From Isurus oxyrinchus (taxonomy: Eukaryota), in contig JANJGN010000071.1 of the NCBI GenBank assembly GCA_026770705.1, forward strand, positions 1,922,001 to 1,986,000: a DNA stretch of 64,000 nucleotides, read 5' to 3'. The position numbers were made by a program, and so were the translations under genes. A model generated the notes under the pieces. That model did no database searches and was not told the DNA's origin. It was given only the letters and a program-made list of their open reading frames with translations. Below are positions 46,001-57,300 of this stretch, one piece after another. The stretch's first letter is position 1, and each line of letters begins with the position of its first letter.

Positions 46001-49000
46001 GGTCCTGAGGACCATCAGCCAATGTAGAATGATCTTGTCAACTCCTGTGTCCAGGATTCTCTTCTAACCATTGTGATACCTTGTGGAGTTCCTTGTGTGT
46101 CCTGTAGATGGTCCACACTGCAGCCGCTGTGCCCCAGTGATGGAGGGGGTGGATATCGAGTCTAGTGGATCTACAAATTATCAAGATTTAAATATTGATA
46201 TTTCTCTCCCCAGTTGGACTGTCACAAGAATGGGAAAGTAACACTCCACGAGAGGTGACAGCACAGAAAGGTTCATGTGTACAGATTCCATGTCATTACA
46301 ATTACCCATCACATTTGTTAGAGAAAACACATGTCGGAATCTGGAATATGAGGAGGGACAAATGGAATACATCGTCTATAGCCTTTCACTCCAAGGATCA
46401 CAGTCACGAGTTATCACGGTTCCACCATCGGACCCGGCTGTCTGGAGACCTGAAAGATGGCGACTGTTCCCTGATTATAAACAACATCAGATGGGGAGAT
46501 GCAGGATTTTTTTTTTTCAGAATAGAATTTGACAATGGTCGGAGCCATAACTATTACCCTGAAACCCAGCTTCATGTTTCTGGTAAGTGCTGTGTTATAA
46601 TTACTCAACAATTCACATCCAACACTCAATGGGAAATAATAGTGTTTGATTTGCTTGTTTTTTGGCCGTGTTAACCAGCGTCACTATTTTTAATGATTTG
46701 TCTATTTCTGCTCCCAGATCCATGAGCTTATTGTGTGTGATTGAATCCACATCATAGCTGTAACATAAACTGAGCTGAGGGGTGATGACACCGCCCCCCT
46801 GAGTGAAGTGTCTCCTCCCCACTACACCTTCCACCCCTCACACCGTCAGGTCTGACCTGGTGACAGTGCGGAGCTAATCACCAAATCACACCTTGGCCTG
46901 ACCCCCACCCCCACCTCCTCTGGCACTTTCTCCTCCTTTGAATATCTCACCGTGTTCCACCCCTCTCATCTCTCCTTCTAAATTCTCGTTCTCTATCGCT
47001 GATCACTCCAGGAATGATAAACATCTTCGCCCCAGGATATCTTCACTGCTTTCCTCCCTCAGTCTCTGCACCGACTGAATTCCCATCCTCGGAGATCTCA
47101 ATCTCCATCTCATCTCATCCCGCTCGGTTATTCCAACTCACTCCTGGCTGGTCTCGCACATTCTACCCTCTGTAAACTTGGGGTCATCTAAAACTCAGCT
47201 GCCCCTGTCTTAACCAGCAGTAACTCCCGTTCCCCTATCCCCACTGTACTCTCTGACCTTGAATGGCTCCTGGTCAAGCAATGTCTTGATTTCAAAATGC
47301 TTGTCCTTGCTTCCTCCCTATCTCTGTAATCTCCTCCTGTGCTACAGCCTTCCCAGATTTCTGCACTCCTCTACCTCTGGACTCTTCAGCATCCCTGATT
47401 TCCATCGCTCCAGCATGGACGGCCAAGCCTTCAGTAGCCTGGGTCCTGAGACTTAAATCCTTTCATCTTTCTATCTCCTCCTTTAAGGTGCTCCTTTAAA
47501 CCCACCTCTTCAACCAAAGTTCCGATTATCTGACCTAATATCTCCTTATATGGCGTGGGACCATACTTTGTATTATAATGCTCCTGTGGAGCACCTTGGC
47601 ATGTTATATTACAATATAGGCACTATATAAATATAATCCATTGTTCTATGCTCCTCTAGACCATTTAGATTCTTAATTTCGAGTTAACATGCAACCTGGT
47701 AACCTGGTGATAGCTTCCAGTTCAGTCCGAAAGCAACCTCTAATACTCACTTTAATATCAATGATTAAATATATTGACTGTGTCCATCAATGTTATCAGG
47801 TTATCCACTCCCATCGATCTCTCTAATCATGTCTCGAAGTCTGACATATCGTTAGAATAAAGATTCACATTTATGTAGCACCTTTCACAACCTCAGCACG
47901 GACCAAATCACTTCACAGCCAATGCGCTGATTCCTGAATTGTAGTTACTGTTGTAATGTGGGAAACACAACAACCAATTTGCGCACAGCAAACTCCCACA
48001 AATTGACAAGTAACAAATGACCTAGATCGCTGAGGGACTGATGGGGTAGTGCACTCCAAACTCTGGTCTGCTCCTCCACCCTCACCCACTATTATCAGTT
48101 CAAGTGTCTCGGAGTGAACGTATATTAAGCTGAGAGACAGAAACACCAAAGTCTCAAAGCAGGAAATGCTCTCCTGATCATTGTAACATCTCAGATCTGC
48201 TATCATCCTTGTAAAAGTGCTTTCTCTTGTGGGACTGTGGTTTCTATTTGAACTGATGCTTCATGTTATATTTCTCTAAAAGGATCCATTCTCTGTGTGT
48301 CAGATTTCACAGATAAACCCACGATATTCCCTGCTGAAATTATTGCAGGAAAGCGTGTGGATGTAAGCTGCACCTTCAACACAACATGCAATGGAACAGC
48401 AGCACCTGTCTTAACCTGGGACACTCCCACTGACGTACCTGGATCAGTCTCAAACACTGTAACTCAGCATGGTGTCACTCTGACCTATACTTCTGTTCTG
48501 ACCCTGATCCCATCACTCAAACACCACGGACACAATCTCAGCTGCAGAGTGAGATATCCATCTGTTTCATCGGAGCGGACCCTCGTACTAACTGTGCAAG
48601 GTCAGTACGGACAGCCTTCATTCTACATCAGAATTCCCTCAGCGCTGACCCTCTGACAGTGCAGCCCGTTCTCAGTGTCCATATTCTCAGGCCACTCAAA
48701 GTGCTTCACAGTCGATAGAAGTTAACTGATCTTTATTTGATTGTTGCTGAATGAAGTGACAAGCTGTCTAAACTTTACAGCTTGCACACGTTATTTTCCA
48801 TGGCAACACCTCCTCTAATCAGAGACCACTTGCCAACCAATCAGCACTCTCTTCCCTTTAAATATAAATTGTTGTTCATTTTCTGTTGGTAAACCTGCGA
48901 GCTGTCATGTTGAGTCCTGCCCTGACATCTCAATGTCACAATGAACAGAACAAGTTCCAACAATGAGCTGCGGTTGGTGATTCCTCACGTTACATCCAGG

Positions 49001-50337
49001 GACACTGGAGACTATCAGTGTGTGGCAGAGAATGAACATGGAGCAGTGGAGGTGTCCATAACCATCACTGTGGAACGTGAGTGTGCACAGACTTCAACAT
49101 CACTCTCAGGTTCAAACACTACACAAATACACACAAATATACAGACCTAAGCAGACACCTGCAGACACACAATCCCACATGTATGAGCACACACAAAGAT
49201 ACACTCACAAACAAACACCCTATCACATACTGCCCTGTGGGTTACCTGACCTCCCTCAGTGCTGCACCGGAGTATTGACCTAGATTCTGGGTTTTGTGTT
49301 CCCTTTCATATTTATGGAAGAATATGGAAATTGCAAGGTCTATTACAGACACTCAGATGCACAGGGATACTCACAGATACTCTCTGCCTCTCCAACTCTC
49401 TATCCTCCTTTAAGAAGTTTCCTGAAACCTAATCCTTTGACCAGTCACCTGTCCCAACTCGTCCTTATGTGATTTTGTGTGAAATTTTGTTTGAGTATCT
49501 GAGAGTAAGAGAGAGGTGGAGAGGTTTAGGAAGGGAATTCCTGTTGGTGAAAAGCTTACATCATGTTCTCAGCTTTCCAGTGCCCATATTTCACATGATG
49601 TCCAATGTCCTTGTTCATAATGGGGATTGCCTATGTAAACGTCACGCTGTAGTTACACTCTCCCACCAGTGGTGGCACGGTAGCACTTAACCCTTGCATC
49701 TCCAAGTTTTTCAAGCAATTTCCCTTCCTAATTTCCTACTATTCACCTCGACCGCTCCCTGTGGGAGTGAGTTCCACATTCTCCCCTCTCTCTGGGTAAA
49801 GATTGGAACTGTTCATTAAGCGGGGGGTGTAAGTCCGTGGGGGAGTCCATCTCGATCCTGCCCGATTCGCACACGCGTCCGAGATGGATTTCCACACTCC
49901 ACTAAACGTTTCCAGAATTTTCTACAGCACAATCCTGTACACAGCGATGGAGAGAAACATTGGACAGGGAGTCCAACAGCACAATGATCCATTCTCACCA
50001 ATGTTCCACGCTAAGGGGAAAGTTGCGATTGTCCACTCTTAGAGTGTTTACAATGAAAACATTCATTCCACATTGAATCCCAGTGGATGGGTCAATATTA
50101 CAGCAAATGTTGCAGTGATATGAAGCTTGATTGTTCAGCCAGAGTGAGAGATTGAAAGCGGAGAGTCAGTGATGATTTCTTTCTGTGTGTTCTCTAGACA
50201 GTGGAGGAGAGATTCTGCACGTGATCCTGATCCTGGGAATACGAGCTGTGATATTCCTTGTGGCTGTGGTTATCACTATCGCTGGAGTCTGTGTCTGGGA
50301 GAGACAAACAGTGAAAGGAAGTCGACAGACTGTTTAA
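39978..50337 (+). CDS. Gene B: short Siglec-like activating-type receptor, leader-V-C2-TM(Arg)-short tail, about 281 aa
   Basis: Exons 39978-40017, 46214-46582, 48304-48600 and 50198-50337 sum to 846 nt, in frame, canonical sites. Confidence 0.78.
41010..45588 (-). mobile_element. Decayed Ty3/Gypsy LTR retrotransposon; LTR 44098-45588 split by a nested element at 44288-45523
   Basis: Protease KIDTGASANI, integrase-like WPGMNNDLE...EAC, PBS-like TGGTGATCAGCGGTGG (reverse complement of 44082-44097), TGT...ACA LTR ends. Confidence 0.78.
46214..46582 (+). CDS. Gene B V-set exon
   Basis: 369 nt. SCVQIPC, GDCSL, GDAGFFFFRIE with Arg kept. Confidence 0.9.
48304..48600 (+). CDS. Gene B C2-set exon
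   Basis: 297 nt, GTCAG| to CAAG|GTCAGT, intact. Confidence 0.88.
48924..49076 (+). pseudogene. Gene B broken Ig repeat exon (acceptor and 5' part replaced by unrelated sequence at about 48740-48920)
   Basis: Intron homology stops at CTTTATTTG (48739) and resumes mid-exon. First Cys missing, W to R change. Confidence 0.85.
50198..50337 (+). CDS. Gene B TM and tail exon (DSGGEILHVILILGIRAVIFLVAVVITIAGVCVWERQTVKGSRQTV-stop)
   Basis: Acceptor TTTCTGTGTGTTCTCTAG, phase 1, long hydrophobic stretch with Arg (CGA 50242-50244), stop at 50335-50337. This frame is not in the ORF track. Confidence 0.8.
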
Positions 50338-50444
50338 AGCTTTGTACAGCAACAATCTGGTCAGTCAGTGCGGACAAATAACGTGTGATGTTGGGTTAAG
50401 TTGTAATGAAACTGGTCAGTGTCCTGGTTAGAATCACCTTCGTA

Positions 50445-51050
50445 TCAGAGAGGCATTCCAGCACAGAGGGAGCCCATTCAGCCCATTGAGTCCATGCTGT
50501 CTCTCTGCAGAGCAATCCAGTCAGTCCCATTCCCCGCTCTATCCCCGTATCCCTGTGAGTTTATTTCCAATTGTCCATCCAATTTCCTTTTGAAATCGTT
50601 CATCGTCTCCACTTCCACCATCCTCGTAGGCAGCGATTTCCAGCTCATTACCACTCGCTCTGTAAAAAAGTTCCTCCTCACATCCCCCCTCTGCCCACAA
50701 CCTTCAATCTGTGTCCCTCAGTCCTTGTCCCATCAGCTAATGGCAACAGCTTCTCTTTGTCTGCCTTATCTAAACCCATCATCATCTTGTACACCTCGAT
50801 CAGATCCCCCCTCAATCTCCTTTGCTCCAAGGAGAACAACCCCAGCTTCTCCAACCCAACCTTGTAGCTAAAATCCCTCATCCCTGGACCCATTCTGCTC
50901 AATCTCCTCCCCACCGTCTCAAGGACCTCACTTCCTTCCCAAAGTGAGGAGGCCAGAACTGGACACAATACTCTAGTTGTGTCCTAACCAGAGCTTTGTA
51001 AATGTTCAGCATAACCTCCCTGTGTTTGTACTCAATCCCTCCATTTATGA
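50445..51050 (-). mobile_element. CR1 LINE 3' end inside the presumed gene B 3' UTR
   Basis: LGLFSLEQRRLRGDLIEVYKMM and YKALVRTQLEYCVQFWPPH on the minus strand. Confidence 0.78.
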
Positions 51051-51408
51051 AAAGCTTATTCTTTCCATCAGCACAAACAGCAATTTCCAAGCGGACTCCC
51101 ATCAGCAGACAGAGTGCAATGAAACATCGGCATGCCTGCTTCTTAATGTACGGAGAGAAACCTGGAACGAGAGATTCTCCTTCTTCTCCTCAGCAAGCTG
51201 AAACTTTTCCTTATACCTGGTGCTCCCCAGTCCTGCTGTGTGGACACATCATAACCACGGCATTGTCTGGCTGTGTGCAGCCAACATGGTCGAATAGGAA
51301 TGAACAGAAATGTGACATTGCTAAACTCTGTTCTCTGATTGGAATGTGCTTTCTGAATGCTGCACCTTTTTCATGCTGCGATAGATTGTAAGAAGCATTT
51401 GGGTTATG

Positions 51409-51414
51409 AATAAA
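51409..51414 (+). terminator. Putative polyadenylation signal of gene B
   Basis: AATAAA at the end of a block (51270-51430) homologous to the gene A 3' UTR (24455-24625). Confidence 0.5.
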
Positions 51415-51769
51415 ATTACATTGATTAACACAAGTGATTAAAATGTTCAGCCTTTTCTGTAGATACTTATGGATTAAAATTCTTATTTTGCTGCCAGATT
51501 CTTGGCTCAAGGACATTATTTCATGTTGTCACTTTTTCCAGTCAGATGAATTCCTGTGGCCATCTTTATAATGGAAATTTTCAATGTAAACACGTCACAT
51601 TGCAGCTGCACACTCCTGCCAGTGGTGGTGCCATTCCAAAACTGTCTTGCTGCACCAACACAGTGAGAATTATTCTCGACATGTACATGATGTTGTTGTT
51701 ACACAGACATCAGGCGGAATCTTGGGCTGTGCCTAGAATGCACTTAGGACATTGCAGACCACGCACAGA

Positions 51770-53487
51770 ACTGACAGTGCAGCGTTTCCTCAGTGCTGAC
51801 CCTCGGTCAGTGCAGCGCTCCCTCATTACTGTCCCTCTGACAGTGCTGCACTACCTCATTATTGACCCTTTTCAAGTGCAGCACCCTGTCAGCACTGACC
51901 TTCTGACAGTGCAGCACACCCTCATGGCTGACAATCTGACAGTGCAGCACTCCCTCAGTACTCATCCACCCACAGTGCAGCACTCCCTCAGTACTGATCC
52001 TCTGACACTGTATCCCTCCCTCACTACTGACCTTCCGACAGTTCAGCACTCCCACGGTACACACCTTCTGACAGTGCAGCACTCCCTCAGTACAGACTCT
52101 CTGACAGTGCAGCACTCCCTCAGTACTCACCCTCCCACAGCGCAGCCCTCTCTCAGTACTCACCCTCCCACAGTGCAGCACTCCCTCAGTACTCACCCTC
52201 CCACGGTGCTGTTCGAGTTGATTCAATCAAGACTGGTGCCCAAAGAGGGAGGTTTCAATGCTAAATCATTGAATCGGTGAAAATTATTTTTAGGCTTACG
52301 GGAACAAGACTTAGTTCCTCAAATCCTTTCTTTTGCAATAACACACAGTACAAGAATTCTGTTTAAATAAATTCCAGTTAAACTTTGCCATGAAAGGATA
52401 TCTTCTCACACTCGGCTCTACCTCAGTACTAACCCTCCCACAGTCCGGCACCCCCTCAATACTTACCCTCCGACCGTGCGGAACTCACTCAATACAGACC
52501 CGCCGACAGTGCAGCACTCCCTCAGTACTGACCCTCTGACCGTGCAGCACTCCCACATTACTGACCCTCTGACAGTGCAGCACTCCCACATTATTGACCC
52601 TCTGACAGTGCAGCGCTCCCACATTACTGACCCTCTGACAGTGCAGCACTCCCTCAGTACTCAGCTTCCCACAGTGCAGCACTCCCTCAGTACTCACCCT
52701 CCCACAGTGCAGCACTCTCTCAGTACTCACCCTCCCACAGTGCAGCACTCCCTCAGTACTCACCCTCCCACAGTGCAGCCCTCCCTCAGTACTCACCCTC
52801 CCACAGTGCAGCACTCCCTCAGTACTCACCCTCCCACAGTGCTGTTCGAGTTGATTCAATCAAGACTGGTGCCCAAAGAGGGAGGTTTCAATGCAAAATC
52901 ATTGAAATCGATGAAAATTATTTTTAGGCTTACGGGAACAAGACTTAGTTCCTCAAATCCTTTCTTTTGCAATAACACACAGTACAAGAATTGTGTTTAA
53001 ATAAATTCCAGTTAAACTTTGCCATGAAAGGATATCTTCTCACACTCCGCTCTACCTCAGTACTAACCCTCCCACAGTCTGGCACCCCCTCAATACTGAC
53101 CCTCCGACTGTGCGGAACTCACTCAGTACAGACAATCTGACAGTGCAGCACTCCCTCATTACTGACCCTGTGACAGTGCAGCACTCCCTCAGTACTGACC
53201 CTCCGACAGTGCAGCACTCCCTCAGTACTGACCATCTGACAGTGCAGCACTCCCTCAGTACTGAACCTCTGACCGTGCAGCACTCCCTCATTACTGACCC
53301 TCTGACAGTGCAGCAATCCCACATTACTGACCCTCTGGCAGTGCAGCACTCCCTCATTACTGACCCTCTGACAGTGCAGCACGCTCCCATTACTGACCCT
53401 CTGATAGTGCAGCACTCCCACATTACTGACCCTCCCACAGTGCAGCACTCCCACAGTAGAGTCCCGCTGACAGTGCAGCACTCCCTC
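51770..53487 (+). repeat. Three 33-bp minisatellite arrays separated by a duplicated spacer of about 220 bp
   Basis: Spacer GTGCTGTTCGAGTTGATTCAATC at about 52206 and 52839. Confidence 0.88.
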
Positions 53488-53712
53488 CGTAATGATAACA
53501 GGGGTCGTTGAAATGTATCATACGGCCCGAGACCTGTGTTGGGGACTCTATCGCCTGAGTTTCAGCCTCTGTGGTGAGGGGGAGGAGTCTAATCCCACGG
53601 AGCCAATGGAGAAGCTTCATGACTACAGCTGCCCAAATATGAGCTGACAGATCACACATGGTAAACGTTTTGCTGAGAGCACAAAACATCCTCGATCTTT
53701 TCACTGATTACC

Positions 53713-53853
53713 CACTTCCTCATTTTGTCTCACAGTGACACATCCACCCTTTCTAATTAAACACACAGAGGGAGCAGCACAGGAAGAGGTCATTCAGCTC
53801 AAGCAGAGCGTGTGGGCAGTTCCTCCCCAGGCGAGCAGTCGGACAGGTCCTGG
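53713..53853 (+). promoter_or_regulatory. Gene C promoter and non-coding exon 1
   Basis: Same PU.1-like site and exon-1 block; donor at 53853/53854. Confidence 0.62.
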
Positions 53854-54303
53854 GTAAGTAACGGAACGATTGGAATTCACTTCCACCACCAACACCGTCC
53901 TTTGTTGTTGTTGTGACTTTATAAAGACAGATTCCAATGATTGATGCCTTTGAAAGATTTCTACTGCTTATTGAGATCTGGGTGTGAGACTCAAGTCTGT
54001 TGTACAGAACATCTTTCTAGCTCAAGGGATGAGGGAAGTGCAGAGACATGAGCTTTGGGACGTCTTGAGGTGGTGAAAGGTGCTATAGAAATGCAAATCC
54101 TTTAATGTTTTTCTTTCTTAAAGCCTTGTAACTCTCTGCAGAGCACCTATCATCCCACAGAGAATCAAATTAGTCTGTCAAGACATTGTCCAAAAACAGT
54201 TCTGATCTCTTGAGAGCTGTCGGACAAGAGGTGAGGTCTCATTAACTCCTTTCTCTTTCAGAGTTTGAGAGTCAGAAGCTTATGAAATATCTGGGAGTGG
54301 ACA

Positions 54304-54343
54304 ATGATCGGGAAATCCTACTTCCTCCTGTCACTTCTCCAAG
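54304..54343 (+). CDS. Gene C leader exon
   Basis: MIGKSYFLLSLLQ, acceptor at 54261, donor G|GTAATA. Confidence 0.85.
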
Positions 54344-57300
54344 GTAATAACGTCGTCAGCTCGGACAGTTTTATGGCTAATAGTCTTTGTAAAAGATCAT
54401 TCTTATTGAGTGTGATTGGGAACTGATTCAGCAGTGAGCCAGTGTACAAACTGACACCAAGTCCCATTCATCCATCACCCCTGTGCTCACTGATATACAC
54501 TGACTCCCTGTCTGACAGCAGAATTGGAGGAGAGCAGAGATCTCAGAGGGTTTTAGGGTTGGAGGAGGTTACAGGGATCGGGAGTGTAGAGGGGGGATGG
54601 TGGGTTAAGAACTCGATGATGAGAATTTGAAATTTGAGTCATTGCTGGACTGGGAACCAGTGTAGTTCAGCCAGTGACAGGGGAGCGATCCGCTGAATAG
54701 AGAATCAGGAATACCAACTGGGGGATGAGGTCTATCCTGATGCTGGGACTCGGATAACAATGCCCTGAAATTTTGTGTCTTTTGCTGATTTTGTCAGAAT
54801 TTCCCATGAAGACAACACAGCAGCTCCTAGAATAGACAGGCTGTTCAGTGTCACACTTCCTGTCCATTCTCACCTTGCTAGATACTTCAATAAGGGAGCA
54901 AGATAACTGAAAGAGAGAAGGAAGGTAAAGCTGTCCGTGTGTAAAACTGTCAAATATTCTGAGTTATCATGATTGTCTCTGATCTGCTGCAGAGTTTAAA
55001 GTTCTCAGAACATTAGCACTTTGCAGCTCAGAGAGAGACCATTGACTCACTGCCTGAAAGGGCGGTGGAAGCAGATTCAACAGGAACTTTCAGAAGGGGA
55101 ACTAGATAAATACTTGAAGGGGACATTTTGCAGGGCTGTGGAGGAGAGAGCAGAGGTTAGAATGGGACTAATTGGACAGATCTTTCAAAGGCCCAGCACA
55201 GGCTCGATGGGCCAAATGGCATCCTTCATTTCCGGATCATTCTACAATCTGATAAATTAAGCCCCACATCAGTAACTCTTCAGGCTCCTGCTGCAGGGAT
55301 GGATCTTTGAGAAGGACAGGGAACAAGAGGTTCCTGGTATCATTTTCATATTTCTTGACAATTATATAAGTGTATAGATCTGTTGAATATTTGAGTCTCT
55401 AAAGCGTAGAGGTAATCTGCTGTTATATCAAGATCTTGTGGTGGCAAAATTGTCTGGAGGTTTCTTTAATTGCTCACATTGATCTGTGGGATTGTCATTC
55501 TTTGATGTTGTCCCTGGTTTCAATTGACATTACACCCTTGATGCAACTGAGGAGGCTTTAAACTAATATGGCAGGGGATCGGATCCCGAGAGGAGGTTCA
55601 ACAGAGAGAGATGCACAGCCAAAATTAGAAGAGAGAGCAAATGAAACTGGAAGGCATAGAAATTATTGGCCATTTAAGGCTCAAGATAGCGTGGCAAAGT
55701 TGGATTGTATTAATTTTAATGCAAGGAGTCTGACAGACTTGCATTCCCCTGCAGGTGTAATGTTGCAGCTCCCTTGAACCTGCCAATATTGTTGAATCTT
55801 TCTGCATATTTCAATGTTATGTCATGAACTGAGCTGATGGGATAGTTTCTGAGACTGGGACAGACATAAATCCATTGGCTTTCGGCCGGACCGGACAATC
55901 ATGGAAGTGGGTGGGGCCAGAAAATCCCACCCCTATGGGAACATTTTCAGTTAATTTGATGTGCCCAGAGAGATCAATAAAGACCACAATCCACAATTTA
56001 TTGGCAAGCCACGTCAGGATATGTGTGAGAGGTGGAATATCGATCACCGCTCCTAGTCTCGTCGTGTACATCATCGCCATTTCCTGGATTGTCAGTCACC
56101 ACATGTATATGTTCCTGATGGGATAGCGGATGGTCATTCTTATTGCTTGAAGGTTCCCCGTTGTGCAGGGTTTGATTGGATCAGCGCACGGCTCTTTGCA
56201 GCTGCATCAGCCTTTGCTCTAGTGCCCTGCCGCTGTCAATGGCCCTTTCTGCGACAAGCCTTGCAGGATTGGTGGAAAGCTGGGCATTTCCTTGGTGCCT
56301 GCAGAAGGCCACACCTTCCACACGTCTCACTAGGTTTGGATGTTCTAGTGAGTGTGTCAACAATTGATGTTGTACTGAGGACCTGTAAGCTTCGTTGACC
56401 TGCGAGGATCACTTCGTATTTATGTCCATCCTTGAGTAGCTCTTCAATGCTATAGGTTTTGGTCTTATCTAGCAGATCTTTCTGGAAGGCTTCCATGGGA
56501 GTGGATGTAATCACCAACTCAACAACTCTGTCTGCAGGCTCTGTGTTTGAAATCACAGTGCGTACCCTTTTCTCTACATCGGCTGATGAAGTGGTCTATG
56601 GGTTGTGTAGGCTGATGAAATGACATAAACTCTAGTTGATGAATATGGAGTTTCACCTGATTCTGAACCTGTCTTCCAATATCGTCCGTATCTATTGGGG
56701 ATCCTTTCGCTCTTCTGCTGTTAATCCTGATGTGTTCAGCCTGTGTAGACCTTCATTCCCAATCGCGAGGTGAATTTTTATGGCTTGCTCGTCTGGTTCA
56801 GTCACACCTGAATCAGGAAACCAGAGCTCTGTACGCTGTTTAAACATTCTGAATTCAGATAGTCGGTCAGCTACATCCCAGTTCAAACTGGGGAATTTCG
56901 TGGACATTCTGACAATATTCCTTTGACCTTCCTTCTCCTACAGGATCTGGGATGAGTGTCGCTTTAGCCCCTTTCGTGTGCTTTTCCGAAGCTCCGCCCA
57001 CGAAGACGGGTTGTGGCAGGAACACACCACGGAGTAATGGAGTCTTTGTTTTTTATTCAATTTGCTGTTCAGCAATCTCGAAGCTGCCCGTTATAATCAC
57101 TAACTTCTCTGGGCTGATTTTTATAATGGTTTTTGTGTGTTTGACTCTCCCTCGCTCACTATCGATCCAGCCCACACCCGGGTCACTCGCCTTCCCTGAC
57201 TGAGCTAACCCGCTGCTGGTCCTGGCGATACACACTGTCCCACTCACTGACCTACAGGCCGTGTGCTGTAATCTCACCACGAGGGATCCGTCTGCTCCCC

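Noticed and set aside
50169-50381. ORF-track 70-aa ORF over the gene B TM exon
   Set aside because: Wrong frame; the phase-1 frame from the acceptor gives the hydrophobic TM helix.
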